DNA of 64,000 nucleotides from Spironucleus salmonicida (Eukaryota): NCBI RefSeq assembly GCF_000497125.1, contig NC_090602.1, positions 868,001 to 932,000 on the forward strand, in the 5' to 3' direction. Made by a program: the position numbers and the translations under genes. Positions 23,460 through 36,095 of the stretch are shown here, piece after piece. Positions within the stretch are counted from its first letter, which is position 1, and the number at the start of each line of letters is the position of its first letter. The notes beneath the pieces were generated by a model. That model saw only the letters and a program-made list of their open reading frames with translations. It was not told the origin of the DNA and searched no databases.

Positions 23460-26400
23460 GTAAACCCGACCGCGCCACTCGCCGCCTTCGGGCGTTGGCG
23501 AACATATCGGGCGGCCTTCCCGCTTCGCGCCCCCACTCCAAAATGCCCAAGGACGTTATCGTACCGGCTGTGTTCCTCAACAACATCTTCCAGGCCCACC
23601 AGGTCGAGATCGTCATGCCGCGGAAGCAGAAGACGCCCCGCGTGCCGTCCCCGCCGCTGTCCCCCACCTCGCGCGCCCTGCTCGAGTCGTTCGGCCTGCA
23701 GCGCGTGGAGCCCTCGGCGGACCGCATGCAGATCCCGGCCTACCTGACCCCCGAGGCGGTAGACGCTGCCAGCCGCGCCCTGGAGGCCGAGGCCGCGGAG
23801 GACCGCCTGCTGGGGCTCTACGCCCAGTTCTACGCCTCGCCCCAGCTGCTCCCCGCCCTCAACGAGGTGCTGCCGGCGGAGCTGCACTTCGCGCCCTACC
23901 AGGACTTCCTCAACGCGCCGGCCATGCAGTGCAGCGGCGCGACGAAGCGCCTGCAGCTCTCGCCCCCGGACGCGCGCCTCCTGGACGACAACGTGCAGCG
24001 CCTCCTCTACCGCGGCTTCCCCCCGCAGCCCACGGCCCACCCGGTGCGCTTCTGCACCAGCTACGCCCGCGCCGCTTGTCGTGGCTTCCGCACGGCGGGC
24101 CCCCAGCACCCGCGGGCCTGCAAGATCTCCCAGGTGTCCTCCGCCTTCGACCAGGAGGAGTACGAGCAGGTGGCCGCACAATTCGGGCTGTCGAACCAGT
24201 CCCGCTTCACCGACGAGTTCAAGGTGGAGGTCAGCAAGAAGTTCCTGGGGCTGGTGAAGGACGGCCCCAACCTGTACCGCTTCAAGAACATCATGCAGGA
24301 GTACGAGAACGGCAGCATCAACCAGGAGCTGCTGCAGTTCTGCTTCACGATGATCTTCTTCGGCCAGCTCGAGGCCATCTACTACTTCCAGCTTATGCAG
24401 AAGAACGGCATCCTCGACCCCCGCGGCGACAACTTCGGCTGGCCGGCGTGCTACCCCGTGGACGACGAAGTGGGCGCCATCGTGCACATCATCCAGCGCG
24501 TGGAGGCCTACTACCAGCAGTGCCTGCAGAAGCGCGGCGGCCTCATCCAGGAGCTCTACACCGAGGTGTTCGCGGTCCAGCGCAAGGCCTATGAGGCCTC
24601 GATCAACAAGTTCAGCGGCATCAAGATCATCAAGGGCGACGTCAAGGCCGTCGGCGACCAGGTGGAGGTCAAGGTCCAGCACCAGAACGGCTTCAGCTTC
24701 GTCAAGGTCCCCCGCGACATGTACGAGGCTGGGGCGAGCGCCCAGGTCCACACCGCGCATTTCAAGACGCTCTACCAGCACATCAGCGACCAGATCCAGC
24801 TCAAGCAGCGCCCCAAGAAGGCCAGCACCCAGCCGTCTGCCGCGGCGCCGCAGCCGTCCCAGAGTGAGGAGCCGTCCCAGGGGCGCCACCTCCTCACCGC
24901 CCCCAAGCTGGCGAGCAGGGTGGACGCCTCGTACCACATCCTCCAGCTCGTCAAGGCGGGGAAGCTGAGCAAGCTCACCGTGTTCGACCTGGACAGCTTC
25001 TTCCAGCTGATGATCTGCCTCAGCGCCAACCTCCACCTCGGCTACCCCAGCTTCAGCTTCCAGGAGTACAACCAGAAGTGCGGCTTCGGCCTCCAGCTCG
25101 CCATCCAGCGCAGCCCCTGCTCCCACTTCCTCGCCGCCTTCCGGATGTTCTTTGGCGCCCAGATGGAGTCCGCCGCCACCGCCCAGTCCCTGCACCGGCT
25201 CATCGACGTCGCTGTCCCGGCGTTCGACTCCCAGCGGCTCGAGGTGCTGAACTTCATCGAGGCGCGCATCGACACCAACTTCGGCGTGCGGGGCGACCAG
25301 CGGCACCTTCTCGAGTGCGGGGAGTCCTGCCACCACTGCACCTGCGACTACCTGGGCGTGTACTGCACCGGGAGGTGCGGCGGGGAGCTGGACCTGGACG
25401 TCGTGAACGAGTTCCGCGGGCTGCTGCTGTGCCCGGACATCTTCAACTACCGCACCGCGACCCTCAAGGCCGGCGTCTTCGTCCAGAATAGGAACGCGCT
25501 GCTCGCCCCGGCGGCCCAGCTGAACTATGACCTGCAGGTGCTCTAGGCGGCCGAGCTGATCACCCGCGGCAGCTTCGACAACTACCACCGCCGCATGCGC
25601 TTCGAGATGGGGCTGCTCTTCGCGGGCTACTTCTCGCCGCGCGGGGTCAACATCACCCACCTCCGCCAGCGGGAGGGCTCCAAGTTCAGCGGCTGCTGCG
25701 AGGTGCTCCGCAACGCCGCCACCACCGCGAACGTCATCGAGCGCCACCAGTTCGACGAGCAGAGCGCGGAGGACATAGTGGCGGAGCTGGTCACCGCGAG
25801 CTTCGGGATGGACTACCTGGTGCTCCCTTGCAACGGCGGCCCCAACTACCCGCTGTCCACGCTCTTAGCCCCTGAGCCGGAGAGCCTCGTGCTCAGCAAC
25901 CTCGCCAGCACCGAGGAGATCAAGCACATCCAGCAGCTCGACATCGTCGACAAGGAGCCGTTCCAGTTCCCGCCCATCGTGACCGACGACGACTACGAGC
26001 CGGAGGTCGACTTCTCGGTCCTGAAGAAGGACCAGAACATCATCAAGCTCAAGACGGTGACGCAGAACTACAAGATCCTCCCCGACGACATGTTCAAGAT
26101 GCACCAGAAGCAGCACCCGGAGCTCTTCGACACCGGCGTCTTCCAGCACGAGCCCTACCGCACCCCGCAGAACTTCAACGAGACCCGCCAGCTGGCGAAC
26201 TCCGTGCTCAACCGCGGGCGCTACTTCACGATTCCCTTCGGCTCGGAGGCGCAGCACGTGGCGAACGACGTCGTGCTCGACACCGACCTGGAGGACAACT
26301 TCACGCGCAAGACGGCCCTCAGCACCATCAAGTCTCAGTACCTCAAGTTCTCCACGCCCACCGGCGCCGAGGCCCGCGTGTGCCATATCGAGGAGGAGCA

Positions 26401-29400
26401 GCTGTGCTTCGGCCTCTTCAACCTGCGCACCAACCAGGTCCTCAAGCTCCTGGTCGCCTGGATGTGCGTCTACACGCCCTCGCTGATCAAGTTCCTGCGG
26501 CTCGCGCTCCACGAGAACGTGGCGCTGGCCTCCTTGATGGGCGCCCAGCACCTGCGCTACCGCCAGAACTTCGACCAGCGCCAGGAGCGCATGAACAACT
26601 ACTTCTACCAGGGCGAGTACAAGACCTACGAGGACGACGACCCGCGGGCCCCGAGCGACGCCTTCTCCGAGGAGTTCGACCGCGAGGTCCTGGCCGTCGC
26701 CCGGCAGTACGCGGCCGCGGATACCGAGGCGGCGGCGCCCCCCTGGGTCGAGCACCCCACCTACGCGCCGGTGTCGCTGGCGAGCAGCCAGTTCCAGCTG
26801 CCCAGCATGCCGCAGGTCCTCCAGCTGCACCTGACACAGGTCTACGGCTCGGGCAAGATCCTCACCGAGATGGCGCGCTGCCCCGTCATCACGATCCCCA
26901 TCATCGTGCGCACCCTCCAGAAGCAGGTCTTCCTCAACAGCTGCGCCGAGCAGCGCGCTGCCATAGCGTGGCGCCTGCTCTACCCGGAGTCCTACTACAA
27001 GTCCATCGACCACGCCACGATCTGCCTAGCGGGATTCGATAAGAAGTTCATGCAAAACAAGGTCTTCCAGGCCGACTTCGAGCGCAGGCGGCATGACATG
27101 CAGGGGTGTGTGAACCCGAACCAGCTCGACTGCTTCAACGACGTCAGCCTGCCCAAGATCTTCGAGGCCGTGTACTCCCGGCGCTTCAAGCTCAAGCCCG
27201 ACATCTGCTACGAGCACCGCCTCCGCAAGCTGCAGGCCTTCGTGCCGCCCAGCGCCTTCAACTGGAAGTTCAAGATGACCTTCGAGGACCTCCAGCACGA
27301 GCTGCTCCGCCACTACCGCCACTCGCCCGAGAGTGCCAAGCAGCTCATGCAGCTCACCCGGCGCATCGGTGCCCAGTGCACCCAGCAGTTCGACCCCTAC
27401 AGCAACGACTACAAGCAGGCCCTGCTGCAGAAGGCAGAGCTCAGCGCCTCCTAGAAGACCATATTCGGCCAGTTTCCCGCGGCCAACGTCTGCGTGCTTA
27501 CGGACCTAATCGCGCACGCCCTCGATTTCCAGCCCTTGGGCCAGCCTCCAGTGCCGGACGCGGCCGAGGAGGAGGATAACTTCTACCTCGAGGCCTTCCT
27601 GTCCGACCTCCAGAAGACGCCGTCCTTCCAGATTAACGACGCCGCGAAGCAGCTGTACTCGGAGGCCGACGAGAAGAGCCTTTTCGACTGCCTCAAACAG
27701 GTCAGCTTCGACTCCGGCGAGATGGGGCTCTTCTACCGCGGTCAGCTCGAGAAGCTGCTCGAGAGCAACATGTACATCAGCAGTGCCTTCGCCGGCAGCG
27801 ACATCAAGAACCTGGACAACGTCTACACGCGGTATCGCCCGCTCTCGCTCCCCAGTGTCACCGTCCGCAGCCTCTTCATGCTCCGCACCGTGCTGTTCAA
27901 CGAGAAGTTCGACGCGGCCAGCATCGCCAGCATGATGGCGCCCGGCGTCTCGTACGCGGCCTACCGCGCTTTCATCGTTGGGCAGAAGGCCGCCCAGCAG
28001 GCCCTCCTCTTCGAGCAACTCGCGAGCCAGAAGGCGGTGTTCCAGGTCGAGATAGCGGCCTTCCAGCTGGAGTCTGTCAAGAAGGCCGTGTTCGACGACT
28101 TCTTCGCCCCGCTCCTCTGCGAGCAGGCCCACCTCAAGACGGCCTTCCTGGACAACGAGCAGTTCTTCTCGCTGAAGCTGCTGCACATCATCCTCACGCG
28201 CCTCGAGTTCTCGCTCCTCATCCTGGAGAAGACCTCGGACCTCACGCGCCAGTCCGCGGTCTGCGGCACGCGGTTCCAGCACAACATCCCCTACTCGTAC
28301 AACGTGCAGCTGAACACCGGCTGCAGCGTGTTCGGCAGCGACGTCAAGGCCCACCTCGAGCAGCAGACCCGCGGCCGCATATGCGACACGGTGCCCGCCC
28401 AGGTGTCCCAGCGGATCTTCTACGGCCACCAGCCCTACATCAACCTCCAGAACACGGTCAACGACAACGCCCAGGGCTGCAAGTGCGGCCAGCTCAAGTG
28501 CGCCTTCTGCGGCGGCATCGGGGCGGGCTACAACGGCGGCCTCAGCGGCTCCATCAACATCAAGTACACCACGCCCGTCGATCTGAACTGCAGTCTGGCC
28601 AACGGGGCCTTCCCGGCGAAGACGCGCGTGCTCTACGACGCCCAGCAGATCACCGACGGCGGGCTCCTGCTGAACGACGTGGAGCCGGCGTGCTCCCTGC
28701 TGTACCGCCTCGCCCCGGTGATCCCGTGCTACAAGTTCGTGACGACCATCTTCAGCTCGGAGGATGACTTCAAGCAGCTGCGCAAGATGCGGCGGGGCTC
28801 CAAGAGCGAGACCAGCAGCGAGAATGACTGCGACGACGAGCAGTTCATCGCTAAGAAGCTGGAGCCTCCGCCCAAGCAGGCCCACCTGGAGTACTTCCCG
28901 GCCGACTACGGGGCCCGCCTGTGCGACGTGGTGACCCTCCCGCCCCCGCTGCCCTTCTTCCACAACGCGCGCCGCACGACCCCGATGGAGCTGAAGATGG
29001 CCGAGCTGGACTATGGGGGCCTGCCCGTGCAGCGGCCGATCGAGCAGAGACTGGACTTCTCGCTGCACCAGCACCTCAACCACTTCAGCCAGGTCCTGGC
29101 CCCCGACGACGTGGTCTTCTGCCACCTCAACGCCGAGATCCCCGACTTCGACGAGTTCCAGGTCCGCAACATCATTCTGAAGCCCCAGCGGCAGGCGGCG
29201 GGGTCCGAGGAGCTCTTCGCGCTCTTCCACCAGATCTTCGCCTCCAAGGACGACGAGCTCACGACCGAGGTCTACGCCGTGCTGGGCATCTACGCGTACC
29301 CCTTCCTGTCCCTCAAGAAGCACCTGCTCACCCTCGCGAAGCGCGTCGAGGGCCTGAGCCAGAAGCTGCTCAACCACCACTTCGACGCCGCCAACCTCGC

Positions 29401-29783
29401 GCTCTTCCGCTCCTCCAAGTCCACGCCCGGCAACCTCGTGTCCGTGCTCTTCGCGACCTTCGCGATGTTCTGCGAGCGCAACGGCCTCGGCGTCGCCCCC
29501 TTCCAGTTCGACCGCAGCTTCGTGGCCTTCCTGGCCGATAACCAGGAGGAGGTGTACTTCTGCGAGAACTACGCCGGCTTCCTCAACATCAGCGGGCTCA
29601 AGTGACGTTATTTTTCACTCCGGGCCGTCAAAACTCCGAGGCGTACGACGCGTTCGCGATGTCCTGCAGCCGCACGCCCCGGGACAGCTTGTCCGCCGGT
29701 GCCTCCCGGGGCGTGCAACGAGGTGGGTCCTGCTGCGTCGCGGCCATAGGGTCGTCTGTGAACCACTTCAAGAGCTGGTAGCG
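23460..29783 (+). repeat. Inverted repeat IR1, right arm
   Basis: Reverse complement of 12552..18875. Confidence 0.97.
23543..29605 (+). CDS. SIN3: Sin3-like co-repressor (2020 aa), copy B
   Basis: Single frame through TAG at 25544 and 27452; ends AAG-TGA; same motifs as copy A. Confidence 0.85.
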
Positions 29784-29912
29784 GACCCGGATACGCTTCG
29801 TCGCTCTTTGCGCGGGGAGCGATGTCGGCGTGAATATATCCTCGCTGGCATTAAATTAACTAAGATACATCGGTTCAATCTAAGTGCTGGAGCTAAAAGT
29901 ATCGGCACCCAT
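29628..29912 (-). CDS. Small hypothetical protein (94 aa), 'MGAD' family
   Basis: MGADTFSS...IFTPTSLPAQRATKRIRVRYQLLKWFTDDP; homologous to 399..710. Confidence 0.7.
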
Positions 29913-30228
29913 TTTGGATGGTAGAGTTTCCGGATCATATAGAATATTAAGATAAAATATATACTACGAGTTTTTAAGTATATTTATTCGTAAAGTGTAT
30001 ACCTGAATATTATATAATTTGGTATAATTATTGTAGTATACAATTCATTTTAGAGGGAAAACTATAAGGTATTAGCCATAATAATAAATTGTATACAGTA
30101 GTATTTAATTTGAGAATTAGTCTAATCATTGAATAATGAGGGAATATTGATTTTCGAAACTTTAAGTATTCGAGATTTACGATATGCATTTACTCGTTTG
30201 GACCGGAATTAGTGGAAATAAAAGTAAC

Positions 30229-30651
30229 TCACCAGATGCTTCCTCTCGTAACGATACTGCTACTTCTTCGGGATCGTTGAAGCTTGACGTTTGGCAGCTG
30301 ATTTAATAGTAACTCTCTATAAAGATCAACTTTATCTTTATTATCTTTAATTACGCCATCCCCTCCAGGAGAAAATGCCGGAAGATGCCATTTTACACTA
30401 GAAAGATCATGCGATTTTAAACTAAGAAACTCTGATGGTAATTATATGTTATTATTTTTTGCCTCAATATCATGCACCTATTTTTTTAAAGTATCATTTG
30501 GAGACATTATAATTTTTTTCGAACTGAATGTGAAAAAATCCTCTCTTTTATGTATTTTAGCAGCTTATTTTTCCAGATTATTATAGTGCTCTTTCGTGCG
30601 ATTTATTTCGTCTAAAACTGACTATAAGGAAAAATCTCTTGACTTTTTCAT
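30229..30651 (-). CDS. Hypothetical protein (140 aa)
   Basis: MKKSRDFSLQSVLDEINRTK...RGSIW*; AT-rich then C-rich upstream. Confidence 0.6.
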
Positions 30652-30958
30652 TGCAATAAGGAATGGGATAATATATTTAATGAAATATATAGTAATTAGT
30701 AATTAATAATTTTAATTTGTTTTTATTTTTGAAATATGATTTATGATTTTTCGAAAAAATGTATATTCTTTACAATAATTGGTAATTATTTTTATTAATT
30801 TTTCTGAATAGTATTACTTATTAAACTAGCATCAACTGTCGATAAATTATTATTGAAAATCTTATTGAATTAAAATTTGTATTAAGATTGTCATTCAAAG
30901 TTATTGCTTGATGTTTAATTTAAAAATTATTACTCATAAATTATTATGATAATATGAA

Positions 30959-31222
30959 TCACTATAATAAAACTGGATTTTAGGTAAAGTATAATACGCT
31001 CTTTTACAGACAACGCTATTTCTGTCCTTTACAGATTATTTCTTCTACTTTGCCAAGCTTTTATAAGAGTTCCAACTAAAACTTAACCGTTTCATCTGTT
31101 GATGGTTTGAAAGTCATAATTTCTATAGAATCATCAGAAGTCTTCTTCCAGTGCACATTTGGTACTGGTTTTAACATAGTTATAACACACCGTTAATATT
31201 GGGTTATTACAGTAAATTTCAT
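30959..31222 (-). CDS. Hypothetical protein (~87 aa, start uncertain)
   Basis: Open in table 6, ends TAG-TGA (AGTGA). Confidence 0.4.
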
Positions 31223-31690
31223 CTGCGGAACGGGTAAATAATAAATGATTTATTGTGAGCTAAATGTCAATCTGAATAAAAAGATTCTTAAACTTTGGTT
31301 CTAATTTAAATTGGATGAGTATTGGAGAGATTAACTAGATAATTAGAAGCAAACCTCTGATAAAAAATTAGTTTTAAAATATAAATATATTATGGAAGGT
31401 TTCTTTTTCTATATTGGTTTAACGATATATCTTGATATTACATAAGTAAAAGTTATTTTTATAACATTCTTAAGTATAAAATTTAATTTAACAAAATTAT
31501 GAATTAGTAAATTATAATCTTAGAATTTAAAAAATTAACTTAAACATTATTATTCAATTTTATATAATATTATAATAAAAATAATATCAATGCTTATTTA
31601 TAATTTTATTGAAATTTTTATCTTGTAGTAATAAGGAAGCAGTTATTACAATAAAATTATTCTATCTTAAGGTATTTGGCAAATTATATC

Positions 31691-31993
31691 TCACTCCAAA
31701 TTCATATCTATACAATCATCTGAAATAAGGGATACGTAGGAATCAGACTACTACGAACATAATGCTTCGTTTGATTAATTAATCAAGAAATTCATATTAC
31801 TAAACGATGGCTTTATGGTTATATCTTTTTCTTTAAATGTAGAACGATTACTTACTGCAGTTAGCAAAAGATGATCATATGATGAGTTTCTCTAAGATAC
31901 AATAGATTTCTCACTATATTTAATATATTCAATAGAATGAGTCTTTTATTACATAAACCCTGGCCTTTTTGGATTTGGAGGTAATCCTTTCAT
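31691..31993 (-). CDS. Hypothetical protein (100 aa)
   Basis: MKGLPPNPKRPGF...MNLE*, ends GAG-TGA. Confidence 0.6.
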
Positions 31994-32335
31994 TTACTCT
32001 AATTCTAACTTTTACAATATATATTTTTATATAGATATATGGCAATATTACAATATTTTACTTAGACTAAATAATTTAATAATACATATATACATTTTTA
32101 TTCAAAATTTACATTTACAATTTTAGACTCTTTTAGGAATTACAAAACCTATTATATTTTGTTTAAACTAAATTATGCAACCAATAATTGTAAAATATTC
32201 AATTATTGATTTAATTTTGAGAATAAGTTATTTCATAGTCGTCTTATTTTCATATTGACTAAGTCTAAAATAAATCACAATTTTATAATGTTAGATATCC
32301 AATAAAGAGCTGACTAGCTCGCTAGCCTCCGTTGA

Positions 32336-32666
32336 GCAGGCGGTGGAGCTGCTGGGCCGGTTCCCCCGGGTCGTGCTCAACCTCAAGGGCGCCGCACGGC
32401 CCCCGCCCCGCGTCCAGCTGGAGGCGCGCCAGCTGCTGCTCACGATCCGGGCCCGGCCGCAGGCGGTGCTGTGCCTGGACCTGGAGCCGGGGCTGTGCGC
32501 GGGCTTCCAGTTCGTGTGCAAGCACTTCTTCGACACCGCGCACCACCGGAGCGAGCTGGGCTTCGACTTCGACGCCGCGGTCATGCGGGTGGCCGGTGTG
32601 GTCCCGCCCCTGCCGGCGCGCAACACGATCTCGCTCGCGCGGTACTACTGCGAGGACAACGAGTGA
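32336..32666 (+). pseudogene. 3' fragment (~110 codons) of LRR gene 38837..40720
   Basis: No in-frame ATG between an upstream TGA (32256) and the block. Confidence 0.75.
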
Positions 32667-32683
32667 GCTGAGTCCGCTCCAAA

Positions 32684-33145
32684 ATGGCGATGATCGGGCA
32701 GCTCCAGGACGCAGTGCGCGCGGTGCCCTCCTCCTACTTCACGGCCTCCCCCCGCTTCGGGGAGTACGTGGCCGACTACCTGCAGCTGCAGCTGGCGCTC
32801 TACCGCGCCCCCGCGGACCCCGCCGCCCTGGCCGCGCTCCTCCGCCGCCTCCTGCCCTACCAGGCCCCGGGGGCGTACACCGCCGCGCTCTCGGACGCCG
32901 CCGCGCAGCTGGAGAGCCTCCACGAGTTCAGGGCGCTCGCCGAGTCCGCCTGCTTCGAGCGCGGGCCCCTTCTCGCCCGCAAGGCACAGCTCGAGGAGTG
33001 CGCGTTCCTGGCCGACCGCGAGCTGGACCGACTGCAGCAGCGCACGCAGGTGGCCCCCGCCCCCGAGCTGCTGCTGCTCTGGCGCTGCTTCCTCGGCGGC
33101 CTCTTCGTGGCCTCGCTGGCGTCCTTCCGGCGCATGGCGCAGTGA
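32684..33145 (+). CDS. Hypothetical 153-aa protein, copy A
   Basis: AAAATG start, high GC3, ends CAG-TGA. Confidence 0.75.
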   Translation: MAMIGQLQDAVRAVPSSYFTASPRFGEYVADYLQLQLALYRAPADPAALAALLRRLLPYQAPGAYTAALSDAAAQLESLHEFRALAESACFERGPLLARKAQLEECAFLADRELDRLQQRTQVAPAPELLLLWRCFLGGLFVASLASFRRMAQ

Positions 33146-33154
33146 TCTCGTTGT

Positions 33155-33361
33155 TCACTCCAGTAGGCGGAATCCGGCCACGCAGCCCGCCTGCTGCATC
33201 ACCTCCAGCTCGAAGAGCGCCCACGCCTGGGCCCTGGGGTTCGCCGGGTGCAGCACCACGCCGCCGCAGCGCTGGGTGGCCACGATGCCCGGGATGCGCG
33301 CGCAGAGGTGGTCGATGAGGTCCGAGGCCCCCAGGTCCACTGCGATGTCCGAGCAGTCCAT
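33155..33361 (-). CDS. Hypothetical 68-aa protein (MDCSDIAV), copy A
   Basis: GAAATG start, ends GAG-TGA. Confidence 0.7.
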   Translation of the reverse strand: MDCSDIAVDLGASDLIDHLCARIPGIVATQRCGGVVLHPANPRAQAWALFELEVMQQAGCVAGFRLLE

Positions 33362-33630
33362 TTCGGGTTGCGAACCTTGGTGGAAAGGAATGTATTATCG
33401 GACTATAACAATGTTAGAAGAAAAGTATACGAGTGAAATTAGTAGAAATATGAAATCGGTGATATTATAAACCTGTTAGTTTATTAATGTGGTACATACT
33501 TATTTAGGGGTTTATGATGGGGAAGCTTGCTACATTGATACTTTAAGATTATTGCCGGCCAAACTACTGTTCTTGTTCCACCCAGGAATATCCGATTATA
33601 ATACGCTGACGACCCTGTCCGCAAAGCGGA

Positions 33631-34146
33631 ATGGACACCTTCATCGACCAGATAATCGCGCAGTATGCAGCCCTGGAGTTCTACAAGCCCTCCCAGCACC
33701 TGGAGTCTGCACTGGAGCTCCGGCTCGAGACCGCCTACCAGGAGATGCTGCGGATCGCGATCCAGGTGCGCCAGAGCTGCGCCGAGGAGCCAGTCTTCGG
33801 GGTGCTGTGCGCCGACTTCACACAGGTCCGGCTCCTGAAGCGTCTCATCTCGGATGATTTCATCGCGGCCGCGGTGGTGAGCTCCAAGGACTCGGCGAGC
33901 GCGCGCACGTGCCGTAACGCGCTGATCCCGGTGTTCCAGGACCAGATCCGCGCAGAGGAGATGGCGGACTTCGAGTTCGACGGCGTCTTCTGCTACGAGG
34001 TGCCGGGGGACTTTTTCCTGGAGAGCAGGGGCCCGCAGGAGGCCGCCTGGACCGTCAAGGGTCGCTGGCTGATCCAGCTCGGCGCGGCGCCCCAGCAGCC
34101 CCCGGCCGGCGTGGAGTGCAAGGCGGCGTGGCAGGGGGGCGAGTGA
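33631..34146 (+). CDS. Hypothetical 171-aa protein, copy B
   Basis: Same protein as 22600..23115. Confidence 0.75.
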   Translation: MDTFIDQIIAQYAALEFYKPSQHLESALELRLETAYQEMLRIAIQVRQSCAEEPVFGVLCADFTQVRLLKRLISDDFIAAAVVSSKDSASARTCRNALIPVFQDQIRAEEMADFEFDGVFCYEVPGDFFLESRGPQEAAWTVKGRWLIQLGAAPQQPPAGVECKAAWQGGE

Positions 34147-34290
34147 GCGAGGCCGTGGTTCCCACTCCATTTTCACAGTACAAACACGGGACCACGGCCC
34201 GAACTGCCTCACATATACAGTTAGAGCCAGTGACAGCTTAATCCGGCGGCCACAATTCGCCCCTTCGGCCCTATTGCGCCACCTGCCAAA

Positions 34291-34524
34291 ATGTACAAGC
34301 ACCACAAGAAGATGCAGAGACAGCTCACGCAGAGGCTGGGCTTCCAGGACCCCGGCAGGCTGGCCCGCATCGACCCCTTCCCCGCGATCGACATCATCCA
34401 GCTCCAGAGCGACCTGCTCCGCGACATGTTCCTTCCCAACAGCAGCCGCATCAGCCTGGCCAGGGCGCCGAGCTTCCTCAACCCCTGCCCCGACAGCGCG
34501 GGCTCGGACTGCTTCGGCCCGTGA
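34291..34524 (+). CDS. Hypothetical 77-aa protein, copy B
   Basis: Same protein as 22222..22455. Confidence 0.65.
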   Translation: MYKHHKKMQRQLTQRLGFQDPGRLARIDPFPAIDIIQLQSDLLRDMFLPNSSRISLARAPSFLNPCPDSAGSDCFGP

Positions 34525-34731
34525 TGAGGCGCGCCGTCTGGAGCGTCGCTGCCAGGAGGTCCAGCGAGCCGCTCCAAAGTCATTCGGCGCTGCAAAATAT
34601 TTATGCAGCCCATAGTGTCCCGCGCAGTGAAGTAACTTGCACTCACTTTTCAGAGGTTCCTAACGCCCTTCATAGCTCCTGTGAGCGCTTTCTTACCAGA
34701 AACTGCCGCCACACGCAGCCTCCAAATCGCT

Positions 34732-34824
34732 TCACGGAATTTGCTTACCGCACTCTCCAATCTGCGCGCTATCGCCAGCCCACACGTCCCGAAAGCCGCG
34801 CCCCTTGTCGTCCCTGATTTCCCC
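34732..34824 (-). pseudogene. 3' fragment of ankyrin gene 21421..22014
   Basis: GEIRDDKGRG...KQIP* without the ankyrin repeats. Confidence 0.7.
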
Positions 34825-34856
34825 CTCAAAGTCGACTATTCCGGCTCCTAACACCC

Positions 34857-35645
34857 TCATTTTCCCGCGTCCGCCATCGTGAGCTCGATAATGCGCCGCT
34901 GGACGCGGTCCACCATGTGGAGCGGGACCTCGATCTGGTGGAATCGCGTTTTGCCGGCCATCCCGAACTGCCCCCCGAGCAGCTTCTCGCACATTTTGCT
35001 CTGGAACAGGTGCACCAGCCCGCCCATGCCGACGTCGCCGCCGCAGACCAGATGCGCTGCGCGCTCCGCCGCGGTGACGCTCATGTTCGTGAGGCCCGAA
35101 AGCTCGCGGAAAGCGGACTCGGCCGAGTTGTAGAAGCTCTAGCAGGCCGAAACGAGCCCCGCAGCTTGCCGTTTGGCCTGATTCTGCTGCGTCTCGTCCA
35201 GCTGATCGTCCAGCTGATCGTCCAGCTGCTGGCTCGGCATGCGGTTGTACTTGCGCTTGTAGCGCAGGACGAGGTCAAGTAGGAACAGCTCCTCGGTGGT
35301 AACCTTGATTTTTAGCTGCTGCGCCTGCGCCTTCGTGTAGCGCACAAGCACGAGCTGCAAGATATCTGACGTCTCCTCGACTCGCGGAATTTGGAGGTGC
35401 AGCTTTTCGGTGGAGTCGATGAAGTCTGCGAACTGGAAGTTTCGTGAGAGGCAGAGTCTGAAGAACTGTGAGCGCAGGAAGCCCGTCTGCGTTCGCTCGA
35501 TAATTTGGTCGTGGAGAGAGGATAATGTTGCAAATGCGTGCGATTCCAGCGTTATTTGCTGGTTGGAATTAAACTTGTAGTCTGGCGAATCGATCGTTGA
35601 AAGCGGTGAAAGGGAGTAGATGGTGATGTCTATTGGAATTGACAT
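34857..35645 (-). CDS. Hypothetical protein (262 aa)
   Basis: Two track ORFs joined by TAG at 35139; contains a short QLDD tandem repeat. Confidence 0.75.
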
Positions 35646-36095
35646 TTTTAGAAAGAAAAAGGAAGGGATAATTATAATTTAATATTATATAATATTATTT
35701 ATATAAATCAAATGAAAATAATAAAATAGTGTAAAAAAGTAAAGATATATGAATTATTAAGTACCAAAAGAAGTTTGAGAGTTAAATAGTTAGATAAATG
35801 TAGAATAATTTTTAGAGGCATAATCACGGACACAATATTTTGATCATAATCATTTTATGCCTAATTCTATGTTTGTAAATATATAGGTAATATATACTCT
35901 CTTTGAGTTATAGTACGGTTGCTATTTATAAATACTATAATGTATAATAACTCTAGTATTATTATGTTATTCTATAATTTTTATGTAAACTCAATGTAAA
36001 TAATCATAAATTTGATATAATATTAATAATTGAAATTACCAACTTTACAAAAAATATAATTTATATATCATGCTCTTCAGTAAATAGAATTAGTA

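Larger units (their letters stand above)
32336..33383 (+). repeat. Inverted repeat IR3, left arm (1048 bp; partner 38120..39167)
   Basis: Position x pairs with 71503-x; 2 substitutions seen. Confidence 0.95.
33586..34824 (-). repeat. Inverted repeat IR2, right arm
   Basis: Reverse complement of 21922..23160. Confidence 0.95.

Noticed and set aside
12955-29380. Long antisense and off-frame ORFs (624, 382, 793, 772 aa etc.) over Sin3 and other GC-rich genes
   Set aside because: Shadow ORFs caused by extreme GC3; V/L/E/G- or R/P/A-rich with no motifs
12552-29783. Transposon with long terminal inverted repeats
   Set aside because: Arms contain host genes, the spacer has no transposase or integrase, and no target-site duplication was seen
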